In this document: piece by piece, positions 14,385 through 26,650 of the stretch
Position numbering within the stretch: position 1 is the stretch's first letter
Layout: the number at the start of each line of letters is the position of its first letter
Assembly (NCBI GenBank): GCA_964016885.1
Contig: OZ024745.1
Location: forward strand, 111,290,001 to 111,354,000
Length of the DNA: 64,000 bases
Direction of reading: 5' to 3'
Source: Eledone cirrhosa
Taxonomy: Eukaryota
Program-made: the position numbers and the translations under genes
Notes under the pieces: model-generated
Seen by the model: the letters and a program-made list of their open reading frames with translations, nothing else
Databases searched by the model: none
Told to the model about the DNA's origin: nothing

Positions 14385-14492
14385 CAAACATACATACATA
14401 TATGTAATTATTTTTTATTCTTTTACTTGTTCCATTCACCAGATTGTGGCCATGCTAAGACACATTCCTACACACACACACATGCATATATA

Positions 14493-15603
14493 TCATCATC
14501 ATCATCATCATCATCAACGTTTAACGTCCGTGTTCCACGCTTGCATGGGTTTGGACGGGGGTAGTCCCACTTGAGGCAAGAATGATTGTCTTGCTCGCAT
14601 AGGACTGTCTGGCAGGTTTTCTACAGTTGGATGCCCTTCCTAACACCAACCACATTTACAGTGTGGGTCTGGGAGGTTTTTACCGTGTTGCCTACACGGC
14701 CACATTACAGTGTGGACTGTGTGTTTTTTTGTCGTGACACCTACACGATCTCATTTGTTTCGGCCTGGATGGCGCGGCACCAACATAACTTTACATAGAA
14801 CGGGGTGGTGTGGATGGGGTGGTGGTGGTGGGACGGGGTGTATTTTGTTAGAGATGCCTACTGGCTGGAGTAGGTTTTACTATATATTTAGGTAAGGCGG
14901 GTCTTCTCTGTTACTGAGTACCGCCAAAGGTCTCGGTCCAGTGACATTGTCTTGGAGAGGTGTAAGTGTGTGATGTCGGAGTTTATCAGCTCGTCCCAGG
15001 TTTTTCTAGGTCTGCCTATTCCGTGACTACCGTCTATCTTTATTGCCCTGCACTTTGTTATACAGCTATCGACTTTCATGCGCATCACGTGTCCATACCA
15101 ACGTAGCCTTCTCTCGAGTAAACAACATCTGATCCCTCTTATCTCTAATTTTTTCCTTAGTTCGTTTATGCTTTGCCGTTCACGTATATTACTGTTACAC
15201 ATCCAGCGGAGCATGCAAGCTTCGTTCCTCTCTAGTCTGCGTATATCCTCTGCACACAATGCCCAGGTCTCACTGCCATGCAGCATTGCTGTTCGTATGC
15301 AGGCATCGTACAACCTGCCTTTCATTTTTAGGGAGAACCCTTTAGCAGCTAATAGTGGTATAAGCTCTCTGAACTTTTTCCAACCAGTTCTGACTCTAGC
15401 TACAGTACTTTCAGAGCACCCTCCCCCACTGCTGATTTTATCGCCTAGGTAACGGAAGCTGTCCACTATTTCTATAGAACCCTCTGCGCAATTGAAAGAG
15501 CTAGTATTTTGTGTGCACTTGCTGCTACTTATTGCACCAGAACACCGGCCACATGTAAAATCTATGTTCTTAGTTAGCTTACCTGTGATCCCACTACATC
15601 TTT
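14493..15603 (-). mobile_element. 5'-truncated RTE-type LINE (ORF C-terminus + 3'UTR + (GAT)n tail)
   Basis: DSFRYLGD...KGRLYDAC..AMLHGSETW...ERRLRWYGHVMR...GRPRKTW; tail (GAT)n. Confidence 0.92.
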
Positions 15604-15665
15604 TATATATATATAAAATAAAGTTAAATAAAAAGTCAAATGTTTAAAATTTAGCTTCGTTTATT

Positions 15666-15720
15666 ACTGCTATATATATTTCAGTGACAGCCATCTTTGG
15701 CTGTGACCTCTTCAGGCAGT
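15666..15720 (-). ncRNA. Type I hammerhead ribozyme (minimal) in a TA-flanked element ~15615-15835
   Basis: Minus strand reads ACTGC-CTGAAGA-GGTC ACAGCCA AAGA TGGCTGT CACT-GAAA-T-ATAT-A-TA^-GCAGT-AATAAA. All three stems pair and the core is intact. Confidence 0.88.
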
Positions 15721-15844
15721 CCGAATTAGTGTGGTATAGACAAGTACATATGTTGTTGAGGTGTATAATTTTGTCAATACTCTGATATGTCCAGTTCCTG
15801 GTTAGGTTGTTATTTCACTGAGGAACTGGAATCATATATACTCA

Positions 15845-15881
<37 letters not shown>

Positions 15882-15911
15882 TATATATATTTATTTATTT
15901 ATTTATATATT

Positions 15912-16435
15912 AGAGTATGGGGTTAACCAAAGAGATGTGGGGGACCACATTATGGTCTGTTGGTTGTGAAGCAGATAAAAAGAACCACTCAACAACCAGT
16001 ATAAATGGTGCAAGCCGGAGCATTATATATTAATAAAAGATCAGAGGCCATATTCAGTTGATTCAGGTTTATTTAAAACACCATTATACATATTTCACTG
16101 AGGATTATCAATTATGATAGCCTGAGCTCTTTAGATAGCAAAACCTAAAATAAACATTGAAAGTTCCTAATTTTGAAAAAATCCAATAATTTGCCCCAAA
16201 AAGATTTTCTTTTCATGTTACAGGGAGCTGGCCGAATGCGTGGTATTGCTTCTTCACCGGCCGGGTGGCCGGTGAAGAATTTTCCCAAATTTAAAGGTTT
16301 CTTAGGAACTTTTAATGTTTATTTTAGGTTTTGCCACCTGAAGAGCTTAGGCTATCATAACCGATAGTCCTCAGTGAAATATGTATAACTGAGTTTTAAA
16401 TAAACCTGAATCAACTAAATATAGTATCTGGTCCA

Positions 16436-16436
<1 letters not shown>
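15912..16436. mobile_element. Fold-back (inverted pLTR-like) element with a degenerate hammerhead in each arm
   Basis: ~120-bp inverted arms (~16050-16170 and ~16292-16422) plus a one-sided tail ~15912-16050. Right arm has CTGAAGA(16338)..GAAA(16376)TATGTATA with damaged stem I. Left arm (minus, 16079-16140) keeps stem I but its core reads CTAAAGA. Confidence 0.7.
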
Positions 16437-16501
<65 letters not shown>

Positions 16502-16547
16502 TTATTTTAATGCATTTTTTGCTATTAAAGTATGTATACATATATGT

Positions 16548-16887
16548 GGAAGCACATGGCTTAGTGGTTAGAGCATTGGCGTTGCAATCGAAAGGTTGTG
16601 AATTCAATTCTCAGACCGGGTGATGTGTTGTTTCCTTGAGCAAGACACTTTATTTCACATTGCTCCAGTTTACTCAGCTGTAGAAATGAGATGATAGGGA
16701 CTGGGGTCCCTATCATTCCACTGCAAAGTGGTCATGGAGGTGCCACGGTAAAAACCACCCAGTACTTACTGTAAATGAGGTTGGTATTAGGAAGGGCATC
16801 CAGCTGTAGAAATCAAGCCAGAATCAGTTCCCGTCCCACCCTTGCAAGCAGGGAAAAGCGGATGTAAAATGATGATGATGATGATGA
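16548..16887 (+). mobile_element. SINE family 1
   Basis: Near-identical to 5278-5620. Confidence 0.88.
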
Positions 16888-17313
16888 TATATATATATTA
16901 CTGAATGCTTATCTATGCTTTAAAAAGTGTTATTGTTTTTGTGGATTCATGGATTCAGTTTTTGTAAAATATTGAAATCAATGAAGAAATTGCTCTCAAA
17001 AATAAGTGGGATTCCTCTATTTACTGATCAACATATGTGGTTGGTGGTGAGAGGCATTCACACTTTTCATTCATACATTGTGTGTCCTTACATAAGACTT
17101 CTTTTTTACTCTACTTTCATGTTTACAACCAAGTTTATATTGTATTCTTTGTTGGATCACTCTAGTAATAGTAAGAAATAGACTCTCTCTCTCTGTACAT
17201 AAGCTCAGAGATGTAAGAAAGTATTATATTGAAGTGAGACGTATATACAAGGAAATAGGTGTATGTGTGAAAGAAAAGGTGAGTAGACAAGAACACCAAA
17301 TGTCAGTTGAGTT

Positions 17314-17379
<66 letters not shown>

Positions 17380-17938
17380 CCATAATTATTAGGCTGCATT
17401 TATATAACTCAATGAAAATATATTCAGGATCAATAAAACCATTATTTGTGGAATCATTAATATGGCATCTGAGAGAAACTTCTAGAGACAAGCAGAGACT
17501 ATACAGTTAGAGTTATGTAAATAAACAGGTTCTAAACCAAGTACATATGGTACACACACACTGTTGTCACTGCCGTTATCATCCTCATACATCTACCTTT
17601 CTATGCTTGCATGGGTTGGACAGGTCCTTTCCAGCACAGCCTCCTTCTACTTGTTGTATTCTTTTGCCATCACTTCTGTGAAGCTCACCATTTTGAGATC
17701 AGCTTTAACCACTTCTGCCCAGGTCTTTCTTGGTCTTCTTATAAAGCAGCTTTCTGCCACTGGTATCACTGGTATCACTGGTATCACCTGTTACTTTTCT
17801 ACCCATCATTTCTCATCTGTATGTATCACATCTCCAAACCAACACAGTCTTCACTATTATTTGAACACTACATCCAGGTAGAGCTGCTACTTCTCCAAAT
17901 TGAGGGGTCACAGCTCTGATACTATGGGCATGGGGTTA

Positions 17939-18300
17939 GAATGTCTCAGGAAAGAATCACTGGACAGATTTTATGGGCAAAAACCAACCAGCAGGTGACC
18001 CAGGGGTAGACCTCGAGCAAAATGGTTGGATAGTATACATGAGCTTGGCTGGTCATACTTGGGGATCTAGCTGGATCAGTTGGAGACAGATGCTTCTGAC
18101 AGGACCTGCTGAAGGGAGTGTTTGAGGACCTTGCTCCCACAACCATCTCAAGAAGAAGAAGAAGAAGAAGAAGAAAGAGAAAAAGAAGAAAGAGAAGAAA
18201 AACAAAAACAAAAACAAAAACAAAAAGAAGAAGAAGAAGAAGAAGAAGAAGAAGAAGAAGAAGAAGAAGAAGAAGAAGAAGAAGAAGAAGAAGAAGAAGA
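17939..18300 (+). mobile_element. 3' end of a second RTE-like family followed by (AAG)n; other copies ~21425-21625 and ~48340-48570
   Basis: Three dispersed copies of ...AATCACTGGACAGATTTTATGGGCAAAACCAAC..GGGTAGACC.. encoding a RGRPRxKWLD-like motif. Confidence 0.65.
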
Positions 18301-18411
18301 AGGAAGAGGAGAAGGAGGAAGAGGAGATCTGATTCCACTTATACCCAGTTTTTCTCTCAGTTTATCCATGACCACCACAACACAATAAAAATTGGAAATA
18401 ATTCTTCTTAC

Positions 18412-18679
18412 CGATAAGTTCTGCCACAGGTTTGCTGAACTGTGCACCAGCTGCCAGATAATACTTCAGCCGATTAAAGTTGAGGGCCACTAAACTCTCA
18501 CCAAACCTATTCACTGTAGGATCATAAGTACCTATTTGCTCAATAGGTTTAGCATTTCGAGCCCTTCGTTGGGGGATCACAACAATGTGAAAAAATGGTC
18601 GGTTCTTGCATCCAAAATAGGCAAATCGAATCATGAGGCAATTTCTCGTCAGCCTTCTTATTCCACTCATTTTACCCAT
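18412..18679 (-). CDS. MRPS16: Coding exon of mitochondrial 28S ribosomal protein S16 (bS16m); N-terminal ~89 codons
   Basis: Translation MGKMSGIRRLTRNCLMIRFAYFGCKNRPFFHIVVIPQRRAR...IEQIGTYDP...LVALNFNRLKYYLAAGAQFSKPVAELIG matches the S16 family pattern. Polypyrimidine tract + ttcag acceptor just upstream of the ATG; phase-1 donor G|GTAAG at 18411. Confidence 0.9.
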
Positions 18680-19246
18680 CTCTGAAGAAAAGAAGAAGAA
18701 AAACATTTGATTGTAATAAAAATTAGGTTTATTATCATGTTAAAATGGAAAAATATAAAATATTTTCGTCCATATACTCAATGGTGTCCCTAAATCAACC
18801 TATAGATCTTCAACTGAGGATCACCTATATTATTTTCATCAGTTTGTGGTGAGAATCTGCAAACATAAAATGGCACTGTCCTTTCTACTTGAAATTATTT
18901 TTTAAAAAATACATTTTTGATAATTTACTTTTTGTTTTTAAAAACATAAATATGATGTTCTGAAAGTGAGAAATTGACCATATATATGTACATACAAACA
19001 TGCACACACACACACACACATATATATATATAATATTAAAGATACTATTTATAGTTATGTATATACTATACTATAAACAACTATAAACAGGGAAGGTCAG
19101 TAATTTATTACTACCTTATTACCAGTAAGAGAAATAGCTCAATGTAAGAACATCAGTTGTTTTACAGAGCAGTAGTATAGACTACACAAGTATCTTATGT
19201 AATCTCTCTCTCTCTATATATACATATATATATATACAAACACACA

Positions 19247-19487
19247 TCGTGTAGGTGTCACGACAAAAAAACACACAGTCCACGCTGTAATGTGGCCGTG
19301 TAGGCAACACGGTAAAAACCTCCCAGACCCACACTGTAAATGTGGTTGGTGTTAGGAAGGGCATCCAACTGTAGAAAACCTGCCAGACAGTCCTATGCGA
19401 GCAAGACAATCACTCTTGCCTCAAGTGGGAAAACCCCCGTCCAAACCCATGCAAGCGTGGAACACGGACGTTAAACGTTGATGATGA
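19247..19487 (+). mobile_element. RTE 3'UTR-only fragment
   Basis: Reverse complement of ~14510-14750. Confidence 0.85.
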
Positions 19488-19505
19488 CACACACATATAT
19501 ATGTA

Positions 19506-20721
19506 CAGGGTGTCGACGATATTTGTTCGCAATTTTCAACTGCTAATTTTATATAAATTTTTTTTACTTCCGTTGTCACTCTTGTCTTCATAAAAACAGT
19601 GACTATATTTCCATTATTTATTTTCAGAATAATTGATTATGAATAATTTTGAACCTATAAATTTGTGGAAGAGACACGGAGTTCTTCTTGGAATCCGTGC
19701 CAGAGGGGGACAGGGACAAATAAGGAAATTTCAGACTTTCTCAGTGTCAGCAGGAGAATGGTGGAAAAGGTCAGAAAGGAATTGGAAGAGAGGAAAACAC
19801 ATGATCTGACACCTTCAGAACGCCCGAGTTCGTCGCTGAAGTTCAGGATATCATCAACAATGAACCTAGCAAGTCGATGCGTGCCATTGCAAGGGAGAAA
19901 GGCGAGGAAAGGACAATTTCTGTCAAAGGCGATGCAAGAAAAGCGACTGAAGCATGCAAAGAAGCTGATAAACAAGTTGAAACACCCACTGGAGCCAGAC
20001 ATGCTGTGGTTTTTCTCCGACGAGAAAAACTTCTGCCAAGACCAGAAGATCAACTCCCAGAACAACAGGTGGCTTGCTGTCTCATCCAAAGACGTGTCCA
20101 GAGTCATGCAGACAAAGTTTCCAGCAACAACATTGGTCTTAGGTGTCGTCAGCAGTCAAGGTGACGTCATGCCACCTCACTTCTTCCCTGAGAGCTTCAA
20201 GCTGAACACCGATGGCTACATCCGTGTTCTGAGTGAGGTAGTAAAGCCCTGGATCGACCAGGTAGCTGCAGGTAGGCCGTACATGTGGCAGCAAGACTCA
20301 GCGCTCTGCTATACCAGCCGAAAGACACAAGCCTGGCTGTCAGAGAACTTCGTCGACCACACTTCATCTGACATCTGGCCTCCCAGCTTGCCTGACTGCA
20401 ACCCCCTCGACTTCTTTGTGTGGGGCGCAGTGGAACGAGACACCAACAGATCTAGCTGCAATACGAAAGACGATCTGAAGGCCAGGATCACAAGTGCCTT
20501 TAGGGGCCTAAGTCGGGGGACAGTGACGAAGGCTTGTAGCCGGTTCTGAGGCCGCCTTGAGGCTGTCATCAAAGCCAATGGCGGGTTTATCGAGTGAGAT
20601 CGAAAGAACAAGTCATGAAGACAAACTGACCCAAGTTTGATAAATATATCTTAAAAAATAAAACTACTGTATTATTTTTTCCTAGACAGTAATCTTGCGA
20701 ACAAATATCATCCGCACCCTG
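19506..20721 (+). mobile_element. Tc1/mariner superfamily DD37D (maT) transposon, defective
   Basis: TA|CAGGGTGTCGACGATATTTGTTCGCAA ... TTGCGAACAAATATCATCCGCACCCTG|TA imperfect TIRs with TA target duplication. Confidence 0.92.
19665..20597 (+). pseudogene. DD37D transposase pseudogene
   Basis: Motifs WFFSDEKNF, WQQDSA and WPPSLPDCNPLDFFVW with 37 residues between the 2nd and 3rd Asp. Premature TGA at 20547 before ...RLEAVIKANGGFIE*; N-terminus disrupted. Confidence 0.88.
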
Positions 20722-22078
20722 TATATATTACAAAAACACACACACACATATACTAACATGAACATGTTAACTTAAAGATAGCATATTTTGACAGTGGATT
20801 TCATATATGGTAATTAATTTTGTGGTATTACAGCAAAACAACTGTGATTAAATTACTTATTTCCAGCAGAGACAATATATCAACAGTGATGAGGTTTTCT
20901 GGTGCATCTTCACTTTTCTTATTCAAATAATAAACTCCATCATTCAGGAGCTTGCTTTCCACTTAGAAAATTACCAACAGGATAACTTCACTCTAACCAC
21001 TCCTGAATAACAAGCACAATAATTGTTTCTACTTTAGGAACAAGGCCAGCAATTTGAAGAGGAAGGGGAATGTCGATTAAATCAACCCCAGTGCTTACTG
21101 GTACTTTATTTTATTGACCCTGTAAGGATGAAAGGCAAAGCTAACCTTGTTGTGATTTGAACTCAGAACATAAAGGGCCATAAATCTATGCATGGTGAAT
21201 GGACACAGCATTTGTAGACTTTTTCAAGTTAAAAAAAAAAAAAATTGTTGTACCATCAAGATCCATCCTATCATACATGGAACATCAATCAATAGAGACA
21301 AAAAAAGCAAGGAGCTCCCATTGAATGCTAACCTGACATTCAATGATTTGAGAGAGCCATTCATGCTCAACATGAATGCTATTTTAACTAGTTCTAATAT
21401 TAAGATGTGGGCTTTTTTTTCTGAAATCTGTCCAGGAAAGAATCACTGGACAGATTTTATGGGCAAAACCAACTGGCAAGAAACCCAAGGGTAGACCCCA
21501 AGCAAGGTGGTTGGATAACATCCATGAGCTGTCATGCTTGGGGATCCAGTCATATCAGTTGGAGATGGTTGCTTCTGACAGGACCCGCTGGAGGGAATAT
21601 TTGAGGGCATCAGTTTCCATACATTTTAAGATTGATTTCATTTCTATGGGTAATCTACCTCCATACCAACTCCCAAAACTTTAGTTTTCATAGTTCTTTT
21701 AAAAATTAAAGAATGTCAATAACATAAGATAGAATATTCAATAATAATTTCAAATGGAATAAAATTATTCTAACTTAGTTAATTTTTGTTCTTATTTAAA
21801 TTTAGCTTTTGAAAACAAAGACTTCAGTCATTTGAGACAACATTTTTCTCTTTGTCCAAAGTGAAGTTAAGGACTGTATAATACACAGTGACAGAGTTTT
21901 CCATATCATCTGATTGTAATTTACTACATATCTCTTACAACAACCATTGCTTATTTGTACTGAATAAAGATTACAATGATTTCTAAAAGACAATTAGAAT
22001 TAGTTTATTGATATGTCCAGCAAGTGAAAGCATTCATTTATTTTTTTTATTCATGCATTTAATGTTGGCTAATTTTAA

Positions 22079-22290
22079 CCCTTTAGCATTTACATTACTC
22101 TACATATATACTATTGTATTTTCATGGTAAAGGCTTTACCTCACATACTTATCTCACATAATATCGTTTCTATGAGAATTTTATATTATTTATTTTGAGA
22201 ACAATACCTTAACATCAGTATGAGTGGCTGGTTACAGCCAGTTTGAACAAAAAGAGGTAAGAAAATTCAGCTGGTTTAAATGCTAACGGG
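22079..22290 (-). mobile_element. piggyBac-like MITE
   Basis: TTAA TSD and the same TIRs. Confidence 0.85.
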
Positions 22291-22989
22291 TTAATGAAAC
22301 CCATGCATGAAACAAGATTATTTGATATGCAGTTCAAATATGGTGTCACTATCTAACATGGAGCTTGCTAAGGAGCCTCTTCACCTTTTTTTTTACTGCT
22401 AGATTTAACCATTTTGTTATATCTCTAATGAAATACTCCTGCCTATGTGTTTCACTTAAGTTTTAAAATAATCAATAAATTGGAAGAAATTTAATAAAAT
22501 AATTAACTTTTTCATTAATAAACTGATGTTTGGGACATTTCTTAACTAAAATTTCTTATATATAATTATGATGAAAGGTTTTAATATAAATATGAACATT
22601 TTAAAATGGGCAGTTTTGTATCATTTTCAGGAGATTTAGTATCAAAAGAGTTAAAGGGAGTGTTCAATTAAATTAACAAGAAAGAAAAAAAAGCATTAAA
22701 CTTGGTCTATTACTATGATTTCTACTATAGGCACAAGGCCAGCAATTCGGGGGGGAGGAGGGAGTTGATTAAATCGACCCCAGTGCATTACTGGTGCTTT
22801 ATTTTATTGACCCTGTAAGGATGAAAAGCAAAGCTTAACCTTGGCGGGCTTAGCTTTCTCTAGTTTCTCCTCACCCTGAGCAGACAAATCTTTCGCCTTT
22901 TGCTTAATCTATTAATATAAATATTATTTACCATCAACACTATCTGAAAGAAATCACTGAAATATGATAAACCTGCCAGAGTAGGTTCA

Positions 22990-23090
22990 ATTTCAGATTA
23001 CAGATGTGATGCCACAAAATCTTTTTCAATAGAAAGAGCTGGAAGATTGCAAAGCCACCCTGCAGAGATAATGGTTGATGGAAAAAAGTC
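22990..23090 (-). mobile_element. Possible hAT transposase C-terminal remnant (similar traces ~21790-21840 and ~42190-42260)
   Basis: Minus strand ..LCNLPALSIEKD (RLSNLAILSIEK-like); heavily decayed. Confidence 0.3.
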
Positions 23091-23477
23091 ACTGATCTAA
23101 TATTGGCACATATTTATTGATTCTTTCTATTGCAACATTGAACAAATACATCTCTTTTGGATATTTCATCAAATACCTCCTATAAGTAAGTTTGTTCTGA
23201 GCTAATATTTCAATCTCTTCCTCAAGTTGTCATCACACATACAATGAACCATACTCAGTTCCTTCCTCTTTAACATCTATTTTCTGATGTCATTTATCAA
23301 TAAGAATTGAATACACATTTACTTGAGCTAAGCCTTATATTTTTGGTATTTCTGAAGAAACAACTGATAATCAAGTATAATCAAATGTGTTAAAATTATG
23401 GAGTTGTTAACATAGAAATAATAAGAATTAAAATGCTTCAATGTTTAACACATTAGATAATAATTACAGTTCTAATA

Positions 23478-24198
23478 TCATCATCATCATCGTTTAACGT
23501 CCATCTTCCACGCTTGCATGGGTTTGGACGGGAGTTTTCCCACTTGAAGCAAGATTGGTTGTCTTGCTCGTATGGGACTGTCTGGCAGGTTTTCTATGGC
23601 TGGATGCCCTTCCTAACACCAACCACGTTTACAGTGTGGACTGGGAGGTTTTTACCGTGTTACCTACATGGCCACATTACAGCGTGGACTGTGTGTTTTT
23701 TTTGTCGTGACACCTACACGACCTCATTTGTTTCGGACTGGATGCTGTGGTACCAACATAACTTTACATCGAAAGGGGTGGTGTGGATGGGGTGGGGGTG
23801 GTGGGGCGGGGTGTATTTTTGTTAGAGGTGCCTACTGACTGTAGGTTTCGCTTTGTATTTAGGCAAGGCGGGTCTTCTGTATTACAGCGTAGCACCAAAG
23901 ATCTTGGTCCAGTGACATTGTCTTGGAGAGGTGTAAGTGTGTGAGGTCGGAATTTATCAAGTCGTCCCAGGTTTTTCTGGGTCTGCCTACTCCGTGGCTA
24001 CCATCTATTTTTATCGCCCTGCACTTTTTTATACAGCTGTCGTCTTTCATGCGCATCACGTGATCATACCAACGTAGTCTTCTCTCGAGTAAACAACATC
24101 TGATTCCTCTTATTCCTAATTTCTCCCTTAGTTCATTTATGCTTTGCCGTTCACGTATATTACTATTACACATCCAGCGTGGCATGCAAGCTTCGTTC
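23478..24198 (-). mobile_element. 5'-truncated RTE-type LINE, same family
   Basis: RNEACM..WMCN..RRLRWYDHVMR..GRPRKTW plus the same 3'UTR. Confidence 0.9.
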
Positions 24199-24199
24199 C

Positions 24200-24255
<56 letters not shown>

Positions 24256-24271
24256 CACACACATATACATG

Positions 24272-24322
<51 letters not shown>

Positions 24323-24325
24323 AAA

Positions 24326-24361
<36 letters not shown>

Positions 24362-24400
24362 CATACATATATATACATATATATATATGTATGTATATAT

Positions 24401-24730
24401 GGAGGCACATGGCTTAGTGGTTAGAGCATTGGCCTTGCAATCGAAAGGTTGTGAGTTCAATTCTCAGATCGGGTGATGTGTTGTTTCCTTGAGCAAGACA
24501 CTTTATTTCACATTGCTCCAGTTTACTCAGCTGTAGAAATGAGCTGATAGGGACTGGGGTCCTTATCATTCCACTGCAAAGTGGTTGTGGAGGTGCCACG
24601 GCAAAAATGCATCCAGCACTCACAGTAAATGAGGTTGGAAGGGCATCCAGCTGTAGAAATCAAGCCAGAATCAGTTCCCATCCCACCCTTGCAAGCAGGG
24701 AAAAAGCGGTCATAAAATGAATGAAATGAA
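24401..24730 (+). mobile_element. SINE family 1
   Basis: Near-identical to 5278-5620. Confidence 0.88.
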
Positions 24731-24734
24731 AAAT

Positions 24735-24785
<51 letters not shown>

Positions 24786-24807
24786 TGCACACACACACAT
24801 ATATATA

Positions 24808-24853
24808 TGAAACCGTTCTAGTCCTGTAGAAGCCATTTCTATATTAAATATAT
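24808..24853 (+). mobile_element. Short fragment of the same hammerhead element family (starts at GAAA)
   Basis: TGAAACCGTTCTAGTCCTGTAGAAGCCATTTCTATATTAAATA is nearly identical to 33721-33763. Confidence 0.7.
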
Positions 24854-25386
24854 ACATAACCCACTCTAGCGTGGAAGATAGACATTAAACGATGATGATG
24901 ATATATACATATATAAATACATATATATATACATATATATATATATATATGATAGGGATAAACACTGATACAAGTATACATTGCAAATGACCAAGCTAGA
25001 TTGAAAAATACTAATTAAAATAATACGGTTTGCCTGTCTCGATTTAAAATAATAAATCAATAAAAACAAACCTATATTGGCAATAGCCGTGATACCCGGA
25101 CAAATTTTTAATTTGTTTTGCAACAATTAAGTGAAAGTTCCTATTCCTGTGCTATTCTGCAGGTATCCAGAAATTGGTAAGTTTCACTTCAAAATACTTA
25201 AGAAGACTGAGAGAAATGTGTTGTTGAAAGCACATGTGTCATAGCGCCTAGCACGTCCCATACTCGTGCCGCTAAAAATAGCAGCCGGTTTTATGGGACT
25301 AAAAATCAGCTCTACGTATGGAGCCAAGACTATTATATATAGAGTTATAAACTCAAAATAGTCTTTTACAATTAAATATATATATA

Positions 25387-26200
25387 GGTTGTATGATGCC
25401 TGCATATGAACAGCAATGTTGCATGGCAGTGAGACCTGGGCATTGTGTGCAGAGGATATACGCAGACTAGAGAGGAACGAAGCTTGCATGCTCCGCTGGA
25501 TGTGTAATACGCGAACGGCAAAGCATAAACGAACTAAGGAAAAAATTAGAAATAAGAGGGATCAGATGTTGTTTACTCGAGAGAAGGCTACGTTGGTATG
25601 GTCACGTGATGCACATGAAAGACGACAGCTGTATAGCAAAGTGCAGGGCAATAAAGATAGACGGTAGCCACGGAGTAGGCAGACCCAGAAAAACCTGGGA
25701 CGAGCTGATAAATTCCGACCTCACACACTTACACCTCTCCAAGACAATGTCACTGGACCGAGACCTTTGGCGGTACTCAGTAATAGAGAAGACCCGCCTT
25801 ACCTAAATACAAAGTAAAACCTACTACAGTCAGTAGGCATCTCTAACAAAATACACCCCCGTCCCACCATCCCCACCCCATCCACACCGCCCCTTTCAAT
25901 GTAAAGTTATGTTGGTGCCACAAAATCCAGGCCGAAACAAATGAGATCGTGTAGGTGTCACGACAAAAAAACACACAGTCCACGCTGTAATGTGACCGTG
26001 TAGGCAACACGGTAAAAACCTCCCAGCCCCACACTGTAAATGTGGTTGGTGTTAGGAAGGGCATCCAACTGTAGAAAACCCGCCAGACAGTCCTATGCGA
26101 GCAAGACAACCACTGTTGCCTCAAGTGGGAAAACTCCCGTCCAAACCCATGCAAGCGTGGAACATGGACGTTAAACGATGATGATGATGATGATGATGAT
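25387..26200 (+). mobile_element. 5'-truncated RTE-type LINE, same family, opposite orientation
   Basis: LHGSETWALCAEDIRRLERNEA...GRPRKTWDELI; 3'UTR; (GAT)n tail. Confidence 0.9.
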
Positions 26201-26207
26201 ATATATA

Positions 26208-26248
<41 letters not shown>

Positions 26249-26294
26249 AACGAGTAGGACCCCGACGGCTGAGCTCAAGCCATTTTGACGGCTA

Positions 26295-26386
<92 letters not shown>

Positions 26387-26507
26387 CATACATATATATA
26401 TATACATATATACACATATATATATATATATATACATACATATATATATATTTCGTTTCTGAATTTGTTTAGCAAGATTCTTTATCTGAAAACCTGTGTT
26501 GAAACCG

Positions 26508-26650
26508 ATATTGTTATACTTTGGGAGGGTCATGTTGCCAACCAACCGGAAACTTATAAATTCCTAAATTTATAAATTTATTATAATAAATTGAAGTGAA
26601 AGCAACTGGTGCGTGTGTTTCTTATTGGCAACATGACCCTCCCAAAGTAT

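Noticed and set aside
17946-18447. Poly-R/E/L/S ORFs (also 28.3-29.3 kb and 45.8-46.2 kb)
   Set aside because: Trinucleotide repeat translations.
25207-25240. CTGAGAG...GAAAGCACATGTGTC
   Set aside because: Core does not match CUGANGA, and stems I and II do not pair convincingly.
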